NCBI RefSeq assembly: GCF_946998875.1
Contig: NZ_CAMQAY010000001.1
Location: forward strand, 106,614-170,613
Source: an uncultured Peptoniphilus sp.
Lineage (GTDB): Bacteria; Bacillota; Clostridia; Tissierellales; Peptoniphilaceae
Length of the DNA: 64,000 bases
Reading direction: 5' to 3'
Shown: piece by piece, positions 1 through 11,795 of the stretch
How the letters are laid out: every line of letters starts with the position of its first letter
Position numbering within the stretch: the stretch's first letter is position 1
The notes under the pieces: model-generated
What the model saw: only the letters and a program-made list of their open reading frames with translations
Told to the model about the DNA's origin: nothing
Databases searched by the model: none
Made by a program: the position numbers and the translations under genes

Positions 1-1
1 T

Positions 2-289
2 CAAATTCTTCTTGATGAGGGCTATATTAAAGGATATGATGTTGTTGAAGACGACAAACAAGGAATGATCAAGATTGATCTTAAATATTCTCTTGACGGA
101 GAAAAAGTTATCTCTGGATTAAAGAGAATATCTAAACCGGGACTTAGAGTTTATGTTAAGTGCGAAGATGTTCCTAAAGTTCTTGGAGGACTAGGAATTG
201 CAATTATCTCTACATCTAAGGGAATAATTACAGATAAAAAAGCAAGACAAGATAAAGTTGGCGGAGAGGTAATCTGCTACGTTTGGTAA
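2..289 (+). CDS. rpsH: 30S ribosomal protein S8 (5' end outside window)
   Basis: In-frame translation from window edge: [14 protein letters not shown]...[10 protein letters not shown], the typical S8 C-terminus. It sits upstream of rplF as in the spc operon. Confidence 0.93.
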   Translation, partial: QILLDEGYIKGYDVVEDDKQGMIKIDLKYSLDGEKVISGLKRISKPGLRVYVKCEDVPKVLGGLGIAIISTSKGIITDKKARQDKVGGEVICYVW

Positions 290-303
290 TTTGGAGGTGA
301 AAA

Positions 304-840
304 ATGTCAAGAATTGGCAAAAAACCTATTGAAATCCCAAAGGGCGTTGATGTTAAAATTGACGGTCAAACAGTTACTGTTAAGGGACCAAAGGGTGAAC
401 TAACACAATCTTTCGATAAAGATTTAAAAATAGAATTAAATGACGGAGTTCTCACTGTAGAAAGACCAAATGAAATTAAAAAAATTAAGGCACTTCACGG
501 TTTAACTAGAACTCTAATCTACAATATGATAATTGGCGTTACAGAAGGTTATTCAAAATCTCTTGAAATAATCGGAACTGGATACAGAGCTGCTAAGAAG
601 GGAAAAATTCTTTCTCTTAACTTAGGCTTCTCACATCCTCTTGATCTTGAAGATCCTGAAGGTATTGAAGTAGAAGTTCCTGCTCCAAACTCAATTATCG
701 TAAAGGGCAATGACAAACAACAAGTTGGCGCTTATGCTGCTTTCATTAGAAGCTTCAGAGAACCTGAACCATATAAGGGTAAAGGTATCAGATACACTGA
801 TGAACATGTAAGGCGTAAAGTTGGTAAGACTGGTAAGTAA
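304..840 (+). CDS. rplF: 50S ribosomal protein L6
   Basis: 178 aa with [16 protein letters not shown]-terminus. GGAGG RBS upstream. Spc operon order. Confidence 0.95.
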   Translation: MSRIGKKPIEIPKGVDVKIDGQTVTVKGPKGELTQSFDKDLKIELNDGVLTVERPNEIKKIKALHGLTRTLIYNMIIGVTEGYSKSLEIIGTGYRAAKKGKILSLNLGFSHPLDLEDPEGIEVEVPAPNSIIVKGNDKQQVGAYAAFIRSFREPEPYKGKGIRYTDEHVRRKVGKTGK

Positions 841-855
841 GGGAGGAGAATTTAA

Positions 856-1218
856 GTGTTAAAAAAGATTAATAAAAATGAAAACAGAATAAAAAGACAC
901 AAAAGACTTAGAAATCATATCTCCGGTACTGCTATGAGACCAAGACTTTCAGTTTACAGATCATCAAAGCATATTTATGCTCAAATTATTGATGATGAGG
1001 CTGGTAACACTTTATTAAGTGCATCAACTCTTGATAAGTCATTAAATATAGAAAACACTGGAAATATTGAAGCGGCAAAGGCTGTTGGCACTTCTATTGC
1101 TAATAAGGCAAAAGAAAAGGGCATTGAAGAAGTTGTTTTTGATAGAAGTGGTTATGTATATCACGGAAAAATCAAAGCACTTGCTGAAGCAGCTAGAGAA
1201 GCTGGACTAAAATTCTAA
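856..1218 (+). CDS. rplR: 50S ribosomal protein L18
   Basis: 120 aa with GTG start after GGGAGG. RHKRLR...[19 protein letters not shown] motif of L18. Confidence 0.93.
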   Translation: MLKKINKNENRIKRHKRLRNHISGTAMRPRLSVYRSSKHIYAQIIDDEAGNTLLSASTLDKSLNIENTGNIEAAKAVGTSIANKAKEKGIEEVVFDRSGYVYHGKIKALAEAAREAGLKF

Positions 1219-1231
1219 GAAGGAGGAAGTA

Positions 1232-1738
1232 ATGGAGCGTTCATTAATAAATGCGGCAGAACTTGATCTTGAAGAAAGAGTTGTATCTATAAACAGAGTT
1301 GCCAAAGTAGTTAAGGGTGGTAGAAACTTTAGATTCTCAGCTCTTGTAGTAGTTGGCGACAAAAACGGACACGTTGGTGTAGGTACAGGTAAAGCTCTTG
1401 AAGTTCCTGAAGCTATAAGAAAAGCAACACAAGATGCTAAAAAACATCTTATTAAAGTAAACCTACTAAATACTTCTATTCCTCATCAAGTAACTGGAAT
1501 TTATGGTGCAGGTAGAGTTTTCTTAAAACCAGCAAGAGAAGGTACAGGAGTTATCGCAGGCGGTGCAGTTCGTGCTGTTTGTGAACTTGCAGGTATTACA
1601 GATATTCGTACTAAAAATATTGGTACAAACAATCCAAGAAACACAGTTAATGCAACTATTGATGGTTTAAGACAACTTAAAACTGTTGAATCTGTTGCTA
1701 GACTTAGAAATAAATCAGCGGATGAAATTTTAGGATAG
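1232..1738 (+). CDS. rpsE: 30S ribosomal protein S5
   Basis: 168 aa with S5 dsRBD and C-terminal domain ([18 protein letters not shown]). Confidence 0.95.
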   Translation: MERSLINAAELDLEERVVSINRVAKVVKGGRNFRFSALVVVGDKNGHVGVGTGKALEVPEAIRKATQDAKKHLIKVNLLNTSIPHQVTGIYGAGRVFLKPAREGTGVIAGGAVRAVCELAGITDIRTKNIGTNNPRNTVNATIDGLRQLKTVESVARLRNKSADEILG

Positions 1739-1748
1739 GAGGAAAATC

Positions 1749-1925
1749 ATGTCTACAATTAAAATTAAACTTGTTAAAAGTCCTATCGGCAAAGTACCTA
1801 AACACAGAAAAACAATAAAAGCACTTGGATTTACTAAGTTAAACCAAGTTGTTGAAAAAAATGATACACCTCAAATCAGAGGTATGTTAAAGCAAGTCGA
1901 TTATATGATCGAAGTAGTAGAATAA
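1749..1925 (+). CDS. rpmD: 50S ribosomal protein L30
   Basis: 58-aa [17 protein letters not shown]...[14 protein letters not shown] with AGGAGG RBS. It lies between rpsE and rplO. Too short for the supplied ORF track. Confidence 0.88.
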   Translation: MSTIKIKLVKSPIGKVPKHRKTIKALGFTKLNQVVEKNDTPQIRGMLKQVDYMIEVVE

Positions 1926-1938
1926 GGAGGTGTACCTA

Positions 1939-2388
1939 ATGAAGTTACATGACTTAAGACCTAATGAAGGCGGCGGAGTTAAAGCTAGAAAAAGAGTAGG
2001 TCGTGGAATAGGTTCCGGTACTGGCAAAACATCTGGCAAGGGTCACAAGGGACAAAATGCTAGAAGTGGCGGAGGAGTAAGACCTGGATTTGAAGGTGGA
2101 CAAATGCCACTATTTAGACGTCTTCCAAAGAGAGGATTTACTAACATCTTCAAGAAAGAATATGCGGTTATTAACGTAGCAGATCTTAATGTATTTGAAG
2201 AAGGAACTGAAATCACTCCTGAATTCTTAATAGAAAATAAATTTATCAAAGCTGGTAAAGCTAAAGACGGAATTAGAATTTTGGGAGATGGTGAATTAAA
2301 TGTTAAACTTACTGTAAAAGCTCAGCATTTCTCAAAATCTGCTAAAGAAAAAATTGAGGCTTGCGGAGGAAAGGCCGAGGTGATTTAA
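1939..2388 (+). CDS. rplO: 50S ribosomal protein L15
   Basis: [12 protein letters not shown]...[19 protein letters not shown], the L15 signature. ATG at 1939 is preceded by AGGAGG. The track ORF starts 9 nt earlier at a GTG. Confidence 0.92.
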   Translation: MKLHDLRPNEGGGVKARKRVGRGIGSGTGKTSGKGHKGQNARSGGGVRPGFEGGQMPLFRRLPKRGFTNIFKKEYAVINVADLNVFEEGTEITPEFLIENKFIKAGKAKDGIRILGDGELNVKLTVKAQHFSKSAKEKIEACGGKAEVI

Positions 2389-3668
2389 TGCTATCCACTT
2401 TTAAGAGTGCATGGAAGGTTGAATCAATTCGTAAGAAGATGTTATTCACTTTATTCATGCTTCTACTTTATAGACTTGGATCACACATTGCCGTTCCTTA
2501 TATGAACTCACAAGTTATTTCACAACTTATGAGTGGAGCAGGCGGATCAATTTTCTCCTTCCTAGATTTAATGGCAGGGGGTAACTTTAGACGTTTTACA
2601 ATTTTTGCTGCTAACATTTATCCATATGTTACTGCATCAATCATTCTTCAACTTTTGACAATTGCCATTCCTTCATTGGAATCTCTTGCAAAGGAAGGGG
2701 AAACTGGTAGAAAGGCAATAGCTAAATATACTAGATATCTTTCTACTGCCATAGCTCTTGTTCAAGCAATTGGTTATACTTTTGGTTTCTTTAGAAAAGC
2801 TATCAATGCTACAAGTGCTATTGAATACACAACTATAATCCTATCAATAGTAGCAGGTACTTCTATACTTGTTTGGATAGGTGAACAAATAACTGAACAT
2901 GGAATCGGAAATGGTATTTCAATTTTAATTTTTGCAGGTATTGTTTCAAGATTCCCAATTGATATAGCTCAATCTATTGCTCTTGTAAAGGCAGGCAAAT
3001 CTAGCCCAATCTTCTTAGTGCTATTTGTAATAATTGCTATTGCAATTGTTGTATTTGTAGTAACACTTACGGAAGGTGAGAGACGAATCCCTGTGCAATA
3101 TGCGAAGAGAGTTGTAGGAAGAAAGATGTATGGCGGACAAGCTACTCATATTCCTATTAAGGTTTTGATGACTGGTGTTATGCCAATTATCTTTGCAAAC
3201 TCACTTCTTGCTATTCCAGCAACTATTGCTATGTTTACAAGTGAATCAACTAGGGTTTGGATTCAAAAATGGTTAACTCCTGCTGGAGGACCTGGAGCTG
3301 TGATTTATATAATATTTACTGTTATTCTTATTGTATTCTTCACATTCTTCTACACTACAATCCAATTCAACACTGTTGAATATTCTAAAAACCTTCAAGC
3401 TAATGGTGGTTTTATTAGTGGTATTAGACCAGGAAAACCTACAAGTGATTATTTAGGCAGAACTTTAAATAGATTGGTTATGCCGGGAGCAATTGCACTT
3501 TCTATACTTGCAGTTCTTCCAACTATACTAACACTTATTTCAGGTCTACAATTTAATTATGGTGGTACATCAATTATCATCGTAGTTGGTGTTGTACTTG
3601 AAATTCATAGAGTGCTAGAACAACAATTAATCATGAGAAATTATCGTGGTTTCTTAAAGAATAAATAG
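2388..3668 (+). CDS. secY: preprotein translocase subunit SecY
   Basis: Polytopic membrane protein. Start [18 protein letters not shown] overlaps the rplO stop (TAATG). Track ORF begins upstream in-frame. Confidence 0.93.
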   Translation: MLSTFKSAWKVESIRKKMLFTLFMLLLYRLGSHIAVPYMNSQVISQLMSGAGGSIFSFLDLMAGGNFRRFTIFAANIYPYVTASIILQLLTIAIPSLESLAKEGETGRKAIAKYTRYLSTAIALVQAIGYTFGFFRKAINATSAIEYTTIILSIVAGTSILVWIGEQITEHGIGNGISILIFAGIVSRFPIDIAQSIALVKAGKSSPIFLVLFVIIAIAIVVFVVTLTEGERRIPVQYAKRVVGRKMYGGQATHIPIKVLMTGVMPIIFANSLLAIPATIAMFTSESTRVWIQKWLTPAGGPGAVIYIIFTVILIVFFTFFYTTIQFNTVEYSKNLQANGGFISGIRPGKPTSDYLGRTLNRLVMPGAIALSILAVLPTILTLISGLQFNYGGTSIIIVVGVVLEIHRVLEQQLIMRNYRGFLKNK

Positions 3669-3677
3669 GAGGCAATT

Positions 3678-4319
3678 ATGAAATTAGTTATATTAGGACC
3701 TCCAGGGGCCGGCAAAGGCACACAAGCTGAATATATTGTTGAAAGATACAATATTCCACACATTTCAACTGGAGATATCTTTAGAGAAAATATTAAGAAC
3801 AATACAGAACTTGGTAAAGAAGCTAAGTCTTATATGGACAAGGGTCTTTTAGTTCCTGATGATCTTGTAATCGCCCTTGTTGAAGATAGACTTAACAAGG
3901 CTGATGCTAAAGAAGGATTTCTATTAGATGGTTTTCCAAGAACTGTGGCTCAAGCTGTTAGTCTTGACTCTATTTTAGACAAGAACAATGACAAATTAAC
4001 TAAGGTTATTAATATTTCAGTTGACCCTGAAATTTTAATAGAAAGAGCTGTTGGAAGACGAGTTTGTAAAACTTGTGGAATGACTTATCATGTTAAATTC
4101 AATCCTCCAAAGGAAGAAGGAATTTGTGATAAGGATGGCACTAAGCTTATTCAAAGAGATGACGATACTGAAGAAACTGTAAAAACTAGAATTTCAGTTT
4201 ACTTTGATCAAACTGCACCTCTTATTGATTACTACAGGGCACAAAATCTCCTTGTAGACATCGACGGTGCTAAGGATATTGACAAGGTATTTGAAGATAT
4301 AGTTAATGGTCTCGAATAG
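3678..4319 (+). CDS. adk: adenylate kinase
   Basis: P-loop GPPGAGKGTQ and LID zinc knuckle CKTCG...CDKDG. Confidence 0.95.
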   Translation: MKLVILGPPGAGKGTQAEYIVERYNIPHISTGDIFRENIKNNTELGKEAKSYMDKGLLVPDDLVIALVEDRLNKADAKEGFLLDGFPRTVAQAVSLDSILDKNNDKLTKVINISVDPEILIERAVGRRVCKTCGMTYHVKFNPPKEEGICDKDGTKLIQRDDDTEETVKTRISVYFDQTAPLIDYYRAQNLLVDIDGAKDIDKVFEDIVNGLE

Positions 4320-4322
4320 TTC

Positions 4323-4577
4323 ATGGATAATACATTTAGTCTTTTTAAGGGACAAGTTGTAAGATCCAAAAAAGGTAGAGATGAGGGAAAAGTTTTTGTA
4401 ATCACTGAGATTATTGACAAAGACTACCTTTATCTTGTAGATGGAAAACTGAGAAAGCTAGATCGACCAAAGAAAAAAAAGGTAAAACATCTTTATATAT
4501 ATAAGGACATTATTGATCTTGATAATAAAGATCTTAATGATTCTTATATTAGGAAGAAACTATTACCTTATAGCTAA
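4323..4577 (+). CDS. KOW-domain RNA-binding protein
   Basis: 84 aa, KGQVVRSKKGRDEGKVFVI KOW-like motif. It occupies the slot between adk and infA where map usually sits. Confidence 0.6.
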   Translation: MDNTFSLFKGQVVRSKKGRDEGKVFVITEIIDKDYLYLVDGKLRKLDRPKKKKVKHLYIYKDIIDLDNKDLNDSYIRKKLLPYS

Positions 4578-4595
4578 AGGAGGATCCTTAATAAT

Positions 4596-4814
4596 ATGGC
4601 TAAAGAAGATGTAATTGAAGTTGAAGGCGTTGTTGTAGACGCTCTTCCAAATACTCATTTCAAGGTAGAACTTGAAAACGGACATATCATACTTGCTCAT
4701 ATTTCAGGTAAATTGAGAATGAATTATATTAGAATTCTTCCTGGTGATAAGGTGACAGTTGAGCTTTCACCTTATGATCTTACAAGAGGAAGAATAACTT
4801 GGAGAAAGAAATAA
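4596..4814 (+). CDS. infA: translation initiation factor IF-1
   Basis: 72 aa S1-like: [12 protein letters not shown]...[19 protein letters not shown]. Confidence 0.95.
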   Translation: MAKEDVIEVEGVVVDALPNTHFKVELENGHIILAHISGKLRMNYIRILPGDKVTVELSPYDLTRGRITWRKK

Positions 4815-4837
4815 TCCTAAGGTTAGGAGGCATTTAA

Positions 4838-4951
4838 ATGAAAGTAAGACCATCTGTAAAAAAGATGTGCGAAAAGTGCAAAATAATTAAGAGAAACGGA
4901 AAAGTAATGGTAATCTGTGAAAATCCGAAACATAAACAAAGACAGGGATAA
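4838..4951 (+). CDS. rpmJ: 50S ribosomal protein L36
   Basis: 37-aa [40 protein letters not shown] with zinc ribbon. AGGAGG RBS. Between infA and rpsM. Confidence 0.9.
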   Translation: MKVRPSVKKMCEKCKIIKRNGKVMVICENPKHKQRQG

Positions 4952-4962
4952 GGGAGGTAATT

Positions 4963-5325
4963 ATGGCTAGAATTTCCGGTGTAGATTTACCTAGAGAAAA
5001 GAGAGTTGAAATCGGACTCACTTATATTTATGGTATTGGAAAACCTAGATCTCAAGCAATTTTAACTGCTGCAGGTGTTGATTTTGATACAAGAGTTAAA
5101 GATTTGACAGAAGCTGAACTTGCTAAAATCAGAGATGAAATAGATAAATACCACGTAGAAGGTGATTTGCGTCGTGATGTTGCAATGAGCATCAAGAGAC
5201 TTCGTGAAATCAACTGTTATCGTGGAAGAAGGCATAAAATGGGTCTTCCTGTAAGAGGACAAAAAACCAAGACTAATGCTAGGACAAGAAAAGGTCCTAA
5301 GAAACTTGTTAGTAAAAGTAAGTAA
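4963..5325 (+). CDS. rpsM: 30S ribosomal protein S13
   Basis: [26 protein letters not shown], the S13 N-terminus. Confidence 0.95.
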   Translation: MARISGVDLPREKRVEIGLTYIYGIGKPRSQAILTAAGVDFDTRVKDLTEAELAKIRDEIDKYHVEGDLRRDVAMSIKRLREINCYRGRRHKMGLPVRGQKTKTNARTRKGPKKLVSKSK

Positions 5326-5337
5326 GGGGGGACTTTA

Positions 5338-5733
5338 ATGGCTAAAAAACAAAAAGTTACACGTTCAAGAAGACGTGTTCGTAAAAATATTGAAAAGGGC
5401 GAAGCTCACATAGCTTCAACATTTAACAACACTATGGTTACTCTTACTGATATTAACGGTAATGTTATATCTTGGGCAAGTGCTGGACAACTTGGATTTA
5501 GAGGTTCAAGAAAGTCAACTCCTTTTGCAGCACAAGAAGCAGCACAAGAAGCAGCTGAAAAGGCTAAAGAACATGGATTAAAAAGCGTTGATGTATATGT
5601 AAAGGGTCCAGGTTCAGGAAGAGAAGCTGCAATTAGATCTCTTCAAGCATCAGGTCTTGAAGTAACTATGATTAAAGATGTTACTCCAATTCCTCACAAT
5701 GGATGTAGACCACCAAAACGTAGAAGAGTCTAA
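5338..5733 (+). CDS. rpsK: 30S ribosomal protein S11
   Basis: 131 aa. S11 core [14 protein letters not shown]. Confidence 0.95.
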   Translation: MAKKQKVTRSRRRVRKNIEKGEAHIASTFNNTMVTLTDINGNVISWASAGQLGFRGSRKSTPFAAQEAAQEAAEKAKEHGLKSVDVYVKGPGSGREAAIRSLQASGLEVTMIKDVTPIPHNGCRPPKRRRV

Positions 5734-5759
5734 GCTATTTATCGAGAAGGAGGGTACCC

Positions 5760-6707
5760 ATGATTGAAATTGAAAAACCTAGAATTAGTATTGAAGAATT
5801 AGATGAGTCAGGTTTATATGGCAAATTTGTCGTTGAACCTCTAGAAGCTGGATTTGGTATCACTATTGGAAATTCCTTAAGAAGAGTGCTACTTTCCTCT
5901 CTACCAGGCGCAGCTGTATCTTTCATAAATATACGCGGCGTTGAACATGAATTTGATACAATTCCAGGGGTATTGGAAGATGTACCTGAAATAGTTTTAA
6001 ACATTAAATCTATAGTTTTAAAGATGACTGAAGATGAACCTGTAAAACTTATTATAGAAAAGAAGGGCAAGGGAGAAATTAAAGCCTCTGACATTGAACT
6101 TCAACCTCATGTAACTATTATAAATCCAGATCAACATATAGCTACTCTAAATGAAGATGCTGATTTTTATCTTGAAATGATGGTTGAAAAGGGAAGAGGC
6201 TATGAACCTTCTGAACTTAAAAAGGATGAAATAACTGAAATTGGAATTATTCCAATGGATTCTAACTTCACTCCTGTGGAAAAAGTAAACTGGAAAGTTG
6301 AAAACACGAGAGTGGGACAAAGAACTGATTATGATAGACTAATCCTTGAAGTTACAACAGATGGCTCTATGAAAGCTGATGAAGCTACATCTCTTGCAGC
6401 AAAAATCTTGACAGAACATCTTGAACTCTTCATTGGCCTTAAAGAACATGTCAGTGAAATAAATTTGATGGTTGAAAAAGAAGAGGATCAAAAAGAAAAA
6501 GTTCTCGAAATGACAGTTGAAGAATTAGATCTATCTGTTAGATCTTTTAACTGCCTAAAGAGAGCTGGAATAAACAGCGTTGAGGAACTTACTAATAAGA
6601 CTGAAAGTGAAATGATGAAGGTTAGAAATCTTGGTAGAAAATCCCTACTAGAAGTAACTGAAAAACTTGAAGAATTAGGATTTGGCCTCAAAGCTGAAGA
6701 AGATTAA
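5760..6707 (+). CDS. rpoA: DNA-directed RNA polymerase subunit alpha
   Basis: 315 aa with N-terminal dimerisation domain and C-terminal alphaCTD ([14 protein letters not shown]). Follows rpsK directly, with no rpsD between. Confidence 0.95.
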   Translation: MIEIEKPRISIEELDESGLYGKFVVEPLEAGFGITIGNSLRRVLLSSLPGAAVSFINIRGVEHEFDTIPGVLEDVPEIVLNIKSIVLKMTEDEPVKLIIEKKGKGEIKASDIELQPHVTIINPDQHIATLNEDADFYLEMMVEKGRGYEPSELKKDEITEIGIIPMDSNFTPVEKVNWKVENTRVGQRTDYDRLILEVTTDGSMKADEATSLAAKILTEHLELFIGLKEHVSEINLMVEKEEDQKEKVLEMTVEELDLSVRSFNCLKRAGINSVEELTNKTESEMMKVRNLGRKSLLEVTEKLEELGFGLKAEED

Positions 6708-6717
6708 GGAGGACATT

Positions 6718-7059
6718 ATGGCAAAAAACAGAAAACTTGGCCGTAATTCAAGTCATAGAAAGGCAATGCTTAGAAACCTTGTTACTTCTCTTTTGCGTGA
6801 AGGTAGAATCAAAACTACTCACACAAGAGCTAAGGAAGTTCAAAAGATTGCTGATCGTATGATTACACTTGGAAAAAGAGGCGACCTTCACGCAAGAAGA
6901 CAAGCTTTAGCATATATTTATTCAGAAGATGTTGTTACAAAATTATTTAACGAATACGCTGAAAAGTATGCAGATAGAAATGGTGGATACACTAGAGTAT
7001 TGAAGATGGGTCCAAGACGTGGAGACGGTGCAGAAATTTCAATTATAGAATTAGTATAA
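6718..7059 (+). CDS. rplQ: 50S ribosomal protein L17
   Basis: [21 protein letters not shown], the L17 N-terminus. ATG after AAGGAGG. Track ORF starts upstream in-frame inside the rpoA tail. Confidence 0.9.
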   Translation: MAKNRKLGRNSSHRKAMLRNLVTSLLREGRIKTTHTRAKEVQKIADRMITLGKRGDLHARRQALAYIYSEDVVTKLFNEYAEKYADRNGGYTRVLKMGPRRGDGAEISIIELV

Positions 7060-7089
7060 GGAAATCCAATGGGGTTTCCTTTTTTTTAT
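7059..7089 (+). terminator. rho-independent terminator of the rpoA-rplQ operon
   Basis: GGAAATCC-aat-GGGGTTTCC stem followed by T9. Confidence 0.75.
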
Positions 7090-7104
7090 ACTTTTGGAGG
7101 TTCT

Positions 7105-7707
7105 ATGCTTTATAGAAGTATTTACGATTCACCATTGGGGAAAATTTTAATCCTTTTTGATAAGGACACTCTTCTTGGACTTTACTTTGAAGGGCAAAAA
7201 GAATTTCATGACCTTATAAAGGATGAAGAGGTAAAAAATTTTAATGAGAAAGAAGTTTTTAATGGAGTAGAAAAATTTAATAATAAGTCAGAAATAGAAA
7301 ATAATAAAATTTGCGAAAATAAAATTTTAGAAGAGACAAAAAAGTGGCTTAATATATATTTTTCTGGCCTAGAGCCAAATTTCACTCCTAAAATAAATTT
7401 AAGAGGCACAGAATTTAGAAGAGATGTGTGGAAAATTTTACTAGAGATTCCCTATGGCGAGACTCTTACCTATAAAGACATAGCAAATAAACTTATGGCA
7501 AGTAAAAAGTATGAGAGAATGTCTTCTCAGGCAGTAGGCGGTGCAGTGGGGGCTAATCCTATTTCTCTAATCATCCCTTGCCACAGGGTTGTTGGGACAA
7601 GTGGATCTCTTACTGGCTATGCAGGAGGGCTTGTTAGAAAGTTAAAGCTTCTTGAGCTTGAGGGCATAGATGTTAATAAATTTTTCATGCCAAAAAATCA
7701 CGAATAA
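7105..7707 (+). CDS. ogt: methylated-DNA--protein-cysteine methyltransferase (Ogt/MGMT)
   Basis: Active-site IPCHRVV with the HTH region YGETLTYKDIA. ATG at 7105 after GGAGG. Lys/Asn/Glu-rich insertion in the N-terminal domain. Confidence 0.85.
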   Translation: MLYRSIYDSPLGKILILFDKDTLLGLYFEGQKEFHDLIKDEEVKNFNEKEVFNGVEKFNNKSEIENNKICENKILEETKKWLNIYFSGLEPNFTPKINLRGTEFRRDVWKILLEIPYGETLTYKDIANKLMASKKYERMSSQAVGGAVGANPISLIIPCHRVVGTSGSLTGYAGGLVRKLKLLELEGIDVNKFFMPKNHE

Positions 7708-7799
7708 TTTTTTATTCAAAAATTTTAAGAAGAATTTTAAAAAATTCTCTCCGCAAATTACTTAAAGAAAATTTTACAATATTTTATTACTTTTATCCC

Positions 7800-7828
7800 T
7801 TGAAAAAATTTTTCCAATGTATTATCAT
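7800..7828 (+). promoter_or_regulatory. sigma-A type promoter of groESL (TTGAAA-17-TATCAT)
   Basis: Hexamers with 17-nt spacer immediately upstream of the CIRCE element. Confidence 0.5.
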
Positions 7829-7835
7829 ATATGTA

Positions 7836-7862
7836 TTAGCAGAAGACATTAGTGAGTGCTAA
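7836..7862 (+). promoter_or_regulatory. CIRCE (HrcA operator), imperfect left arm
   Basis: TTAGCAgaa-N9-GAGTGCTAA against consensus TTAGCACTC-N9-GAGTGCTAA. It lies 20 nt upstream of the groES RBS. Confidence 0.65.
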
Positions 7863-7882
7863 ATATAAGGAGGTTAATATAG

Positions 7883-9798
<1,916 letters not shown>

Positions 9799-9804
9799 TG
9801 ATAA

Positions 9805-9840
9805 GAAAAACCGAGACGAGTCTCGGTTTTTCTGGTTTTC
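9805..9840 (+). terminator. groESL rho-independent terminator
   Basis: AAAAACCGAGAC-gag-TCTCGGTTTTT with T-rich tail. Confidence 0.85.
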
Positions 9841-10290
9841 ACAGCGAATGCGAGCGTTAGCGATGCAGGAGCTGATGAAAAATCTTATCCAGCGAACGAA
9901 GACGATGCGACCGAATAGGGAGCATTGTCGAGTGAGTCGGATTGTAAATAAAGAAAAAACCTAAACAAAGACAGTCACAAAAAGCGGCTGTCTTTTTAAA
10001 TGTCTTCACTACGAATGCGAGCGTTAGCGACGCAGGAGCTGATGAAAAATCTTATCCAGCGAACGAAGACGATGCGACCGAACAGGGAGCATTGTCGAGT
10101 GAGTCGGATTGTAAATCAGAAAACAACCTAAACAAAGACAGTCACAAAAAGCGGCTGTCTTTTATTTTATCTTTACACTGAAGCCAAGCGATAGCGACGC
10201 ATGACCTGATGAAAAATCTTATCCATCAAAATAACAAATTTTTAAAGCAAAACAAAGTCACTCCTCACGTTTAAATCTTCACAACAAGAG
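9838..10290 (+). repeat. Tandem repeat, about 167-bp unit x 2.5. Copies 1 and 2 are about 95% identical; copy 3 is degraded. Each full unit has an RBS, a small ORF and a hairpin.
   Basis: Unit starts near 9838, 10006 and 10174. The ATG at 9875 and the ATG at 10042 are 167 nt apart, each preceded by AGGAG. The hairpin AAAGACAG-N13-CTGTCTTT is present at 9966-9994 and 10133-10161. Confidence 0.8.
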
Positions 10291-10312
10291 TAATAATATT
10301 ATGAGGTGGAAT

Positions 10313-11002
10313 ATGTTTATTAACTATATTAAAGCTTTTAATGACAATTATATCTGGGCTATGGAAAAAAATGGAAAAGTCCTTGTTGTGGACCCTGGCG
10401 ACGCTGGCCCTGTCATAGATTATTTAAAGGATAAAAAACTTGACTACATTCTTTTAACTCACAAGCACATGGACCATGTGGGAGGAGTTAAAGAACTTAA
10501 GGATAAATATGGTGCGAAAGTCTACGGACCACTTGAAACAAAAGAATATAACGACATAACTTTAAAAGACGGCGATGAATTTGAAATTCTTGGTGAAATT
10601 TTTAAAGTCATTTTAACTGGAGGACACACAGAAGACCACATCTCTTATTTAGTGGAAGACAAATTATTTTGCGGCGATGCCCTTTTTCTTGCTGGCTGCG
10701 GCAGGGTCTTTACTAAGGACTACAAAAAAGCCTATGAAGGACTAAATAAATTAAAGGACTTAGATGAAAACACTTATGTTTATCCCGCTCATGAATATTC
10801 TCTTGCCAACTTAGAATTTGCAAGGTCTGTCATTTCAAATGAAGACCTAGACAGTGAATATGATAGAGTAAAAAAACTGCGTGAAGAAGATAAGATCACT
10901 CTTCCATCAACTATAGGCAAGGAGAAAAAAATAAATCCCTTCTTCTTGGCAAGGGACTTAGATGAATTTATCCAATTTAGAAAGAAAAAGGATAATTTTT
11001 AA
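10313..11002 (+). CDS. MBL-fold hydrolase, hydroxyacylglutathione hydrolase (GloB)-like
   Basis: THKHMDHVGG metal-binding motif. About 230 aa. ATG at 10313 after GAGGTGGA. Confidence 0.8.
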   Translation: MFINYIKAFNDNYIWAMEKNGKVLVVDPGDAGPVIDYLKDKKLDYILLTHKHMDHVGGVKELKDKYGAKVYGPLETKEYNDITLKDGDEFEILGEIFKVILTGGHTEDHISYLVEDKLFCGDALFLAGCGRVFTKDYKKAYEGLNKLKDLDENTYVYPAHEYSLANLEFARSVISNEDLDSEYDRVKKLREEDKITLPSTIGKEKKINPFFLARDLDEFIQFRKKKDNF

Positions 11003-11008
11003 AGAGAA

Positions 11009-11047
11009 AGCTCTGGATCATAAGCTGACCCAGAGCTTAATTTTTTA
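11009..11047. terminator. bidirectional terminator between gloB-like(+) and lipoprotein(-)
   Basis: AAGCTCTGG...CCAGAGCTT stem with T-run on the + strand and A-run upstream. Confidence 0.7.
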
Positions 11048-11620
11048 TTGATTTAATTCTTTTTCTATCTTATTTAGCAAATCTTCTGGTATAGGGTTTT
11101 CTTCACTATACTTAGGATAATCTATTTCCTTGCAGAAAGCGTAAATATATTCTTCTAAACTAGGTGCAGAAGAAAGAGGGTTAGTCATAGAGCGACATTG
11201 TTTCTTAAAATTATAATCATCCATTTTTGATAAAATATCACTGTGGTTTTTGGAATCTGTAAGAATTAAATCTGGATAGACTTCAAAGATTACATCTGTA
11301 TTTGGATTTTTTTCGCTTCCAACAATTTTTGCATCTGGATAAAGGTCCTTTGCTTCTTCTACAACTCCACCAACATTTTCATAGTCAATTTCCTTTAAAA
11401 TAATAGAAATATTTTTAGTTAGTGCCACAATATTATACTTTTCTTCAATTTGATTATCTTGATTTTCTTTAGCTGAAGTGTCTTCTGCTTGGACTTGTTC
11501 ACTTTGAGTAGAATTTTTCGGTGCTTCTTCACTAGAATTTCCACTTTCGCTATTTGTTTTTTTACAGCCACTAAAAATTAAGGGAAGTGTCAATAAAATA
11601 ATGAGATATTTCTTTTTCAT
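11045..11620 (-). CDS. lipoprotein of unknown function
   Basis: MKKKYLIILLTLPLIFSGC lipobox. Acidic low-complexity N-terminal region. ATG at 11620 after AGGAGG. Confidence 0.7.
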   Translation of the reverse strand: MKKKYLIILLTLPLIFSGCKKTNSESGNSSEEAPKNSTQSEQVQAEDTSAKENQDNQIEEKYNIVALTKNISIILKEIDYENVGGVVEEAKDLYPDAKIVGSEKNPNTDVIFEVYPDLILTDSKNHSDILSKMDDYNFKKQCRSMTNPLSSAPSLEEYIYAFCKEIDYPKYSEENPIPEDLLNKIEKELNQ

Positions 11621-11745
11621 AATCTTGCCTCCTAAACTCACAAACTATACTTTACCTTAATAACATAATATCACACAAAAAAACATACAAGAACTTTTTT
11701 TTAATTTAGAAATTTTATTTTAGAGAATATAAAATAAATTGTAGG

Positions 11746-11789
11746 TCAAAAAAAGTGCTGGCAAAAATGCCAACACTTATTTTTTTTAT
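11746..11789 (-). terminator. terminator downstream of the lyase-transporter operon (minus strand)
   Basis: 10-bp stem AGTGTTGGCA/TGCCAGCACT (one G-U pair) followed by U7 on the minus strand. Confidence 0.75.
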
Positions 11790-11795
11790 ATTATA

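Noticed and set aside
5735-6094. 119-aa minus-strand ORF over the rpoA 5' region
   Set aside because: Antisense to rpoA inside a conserved ribosomal operon.
9838-10290. CRISPR array
   Set aside because: Repeat unit is about 167 bp with no short unique spacers. No cas genes nearby.
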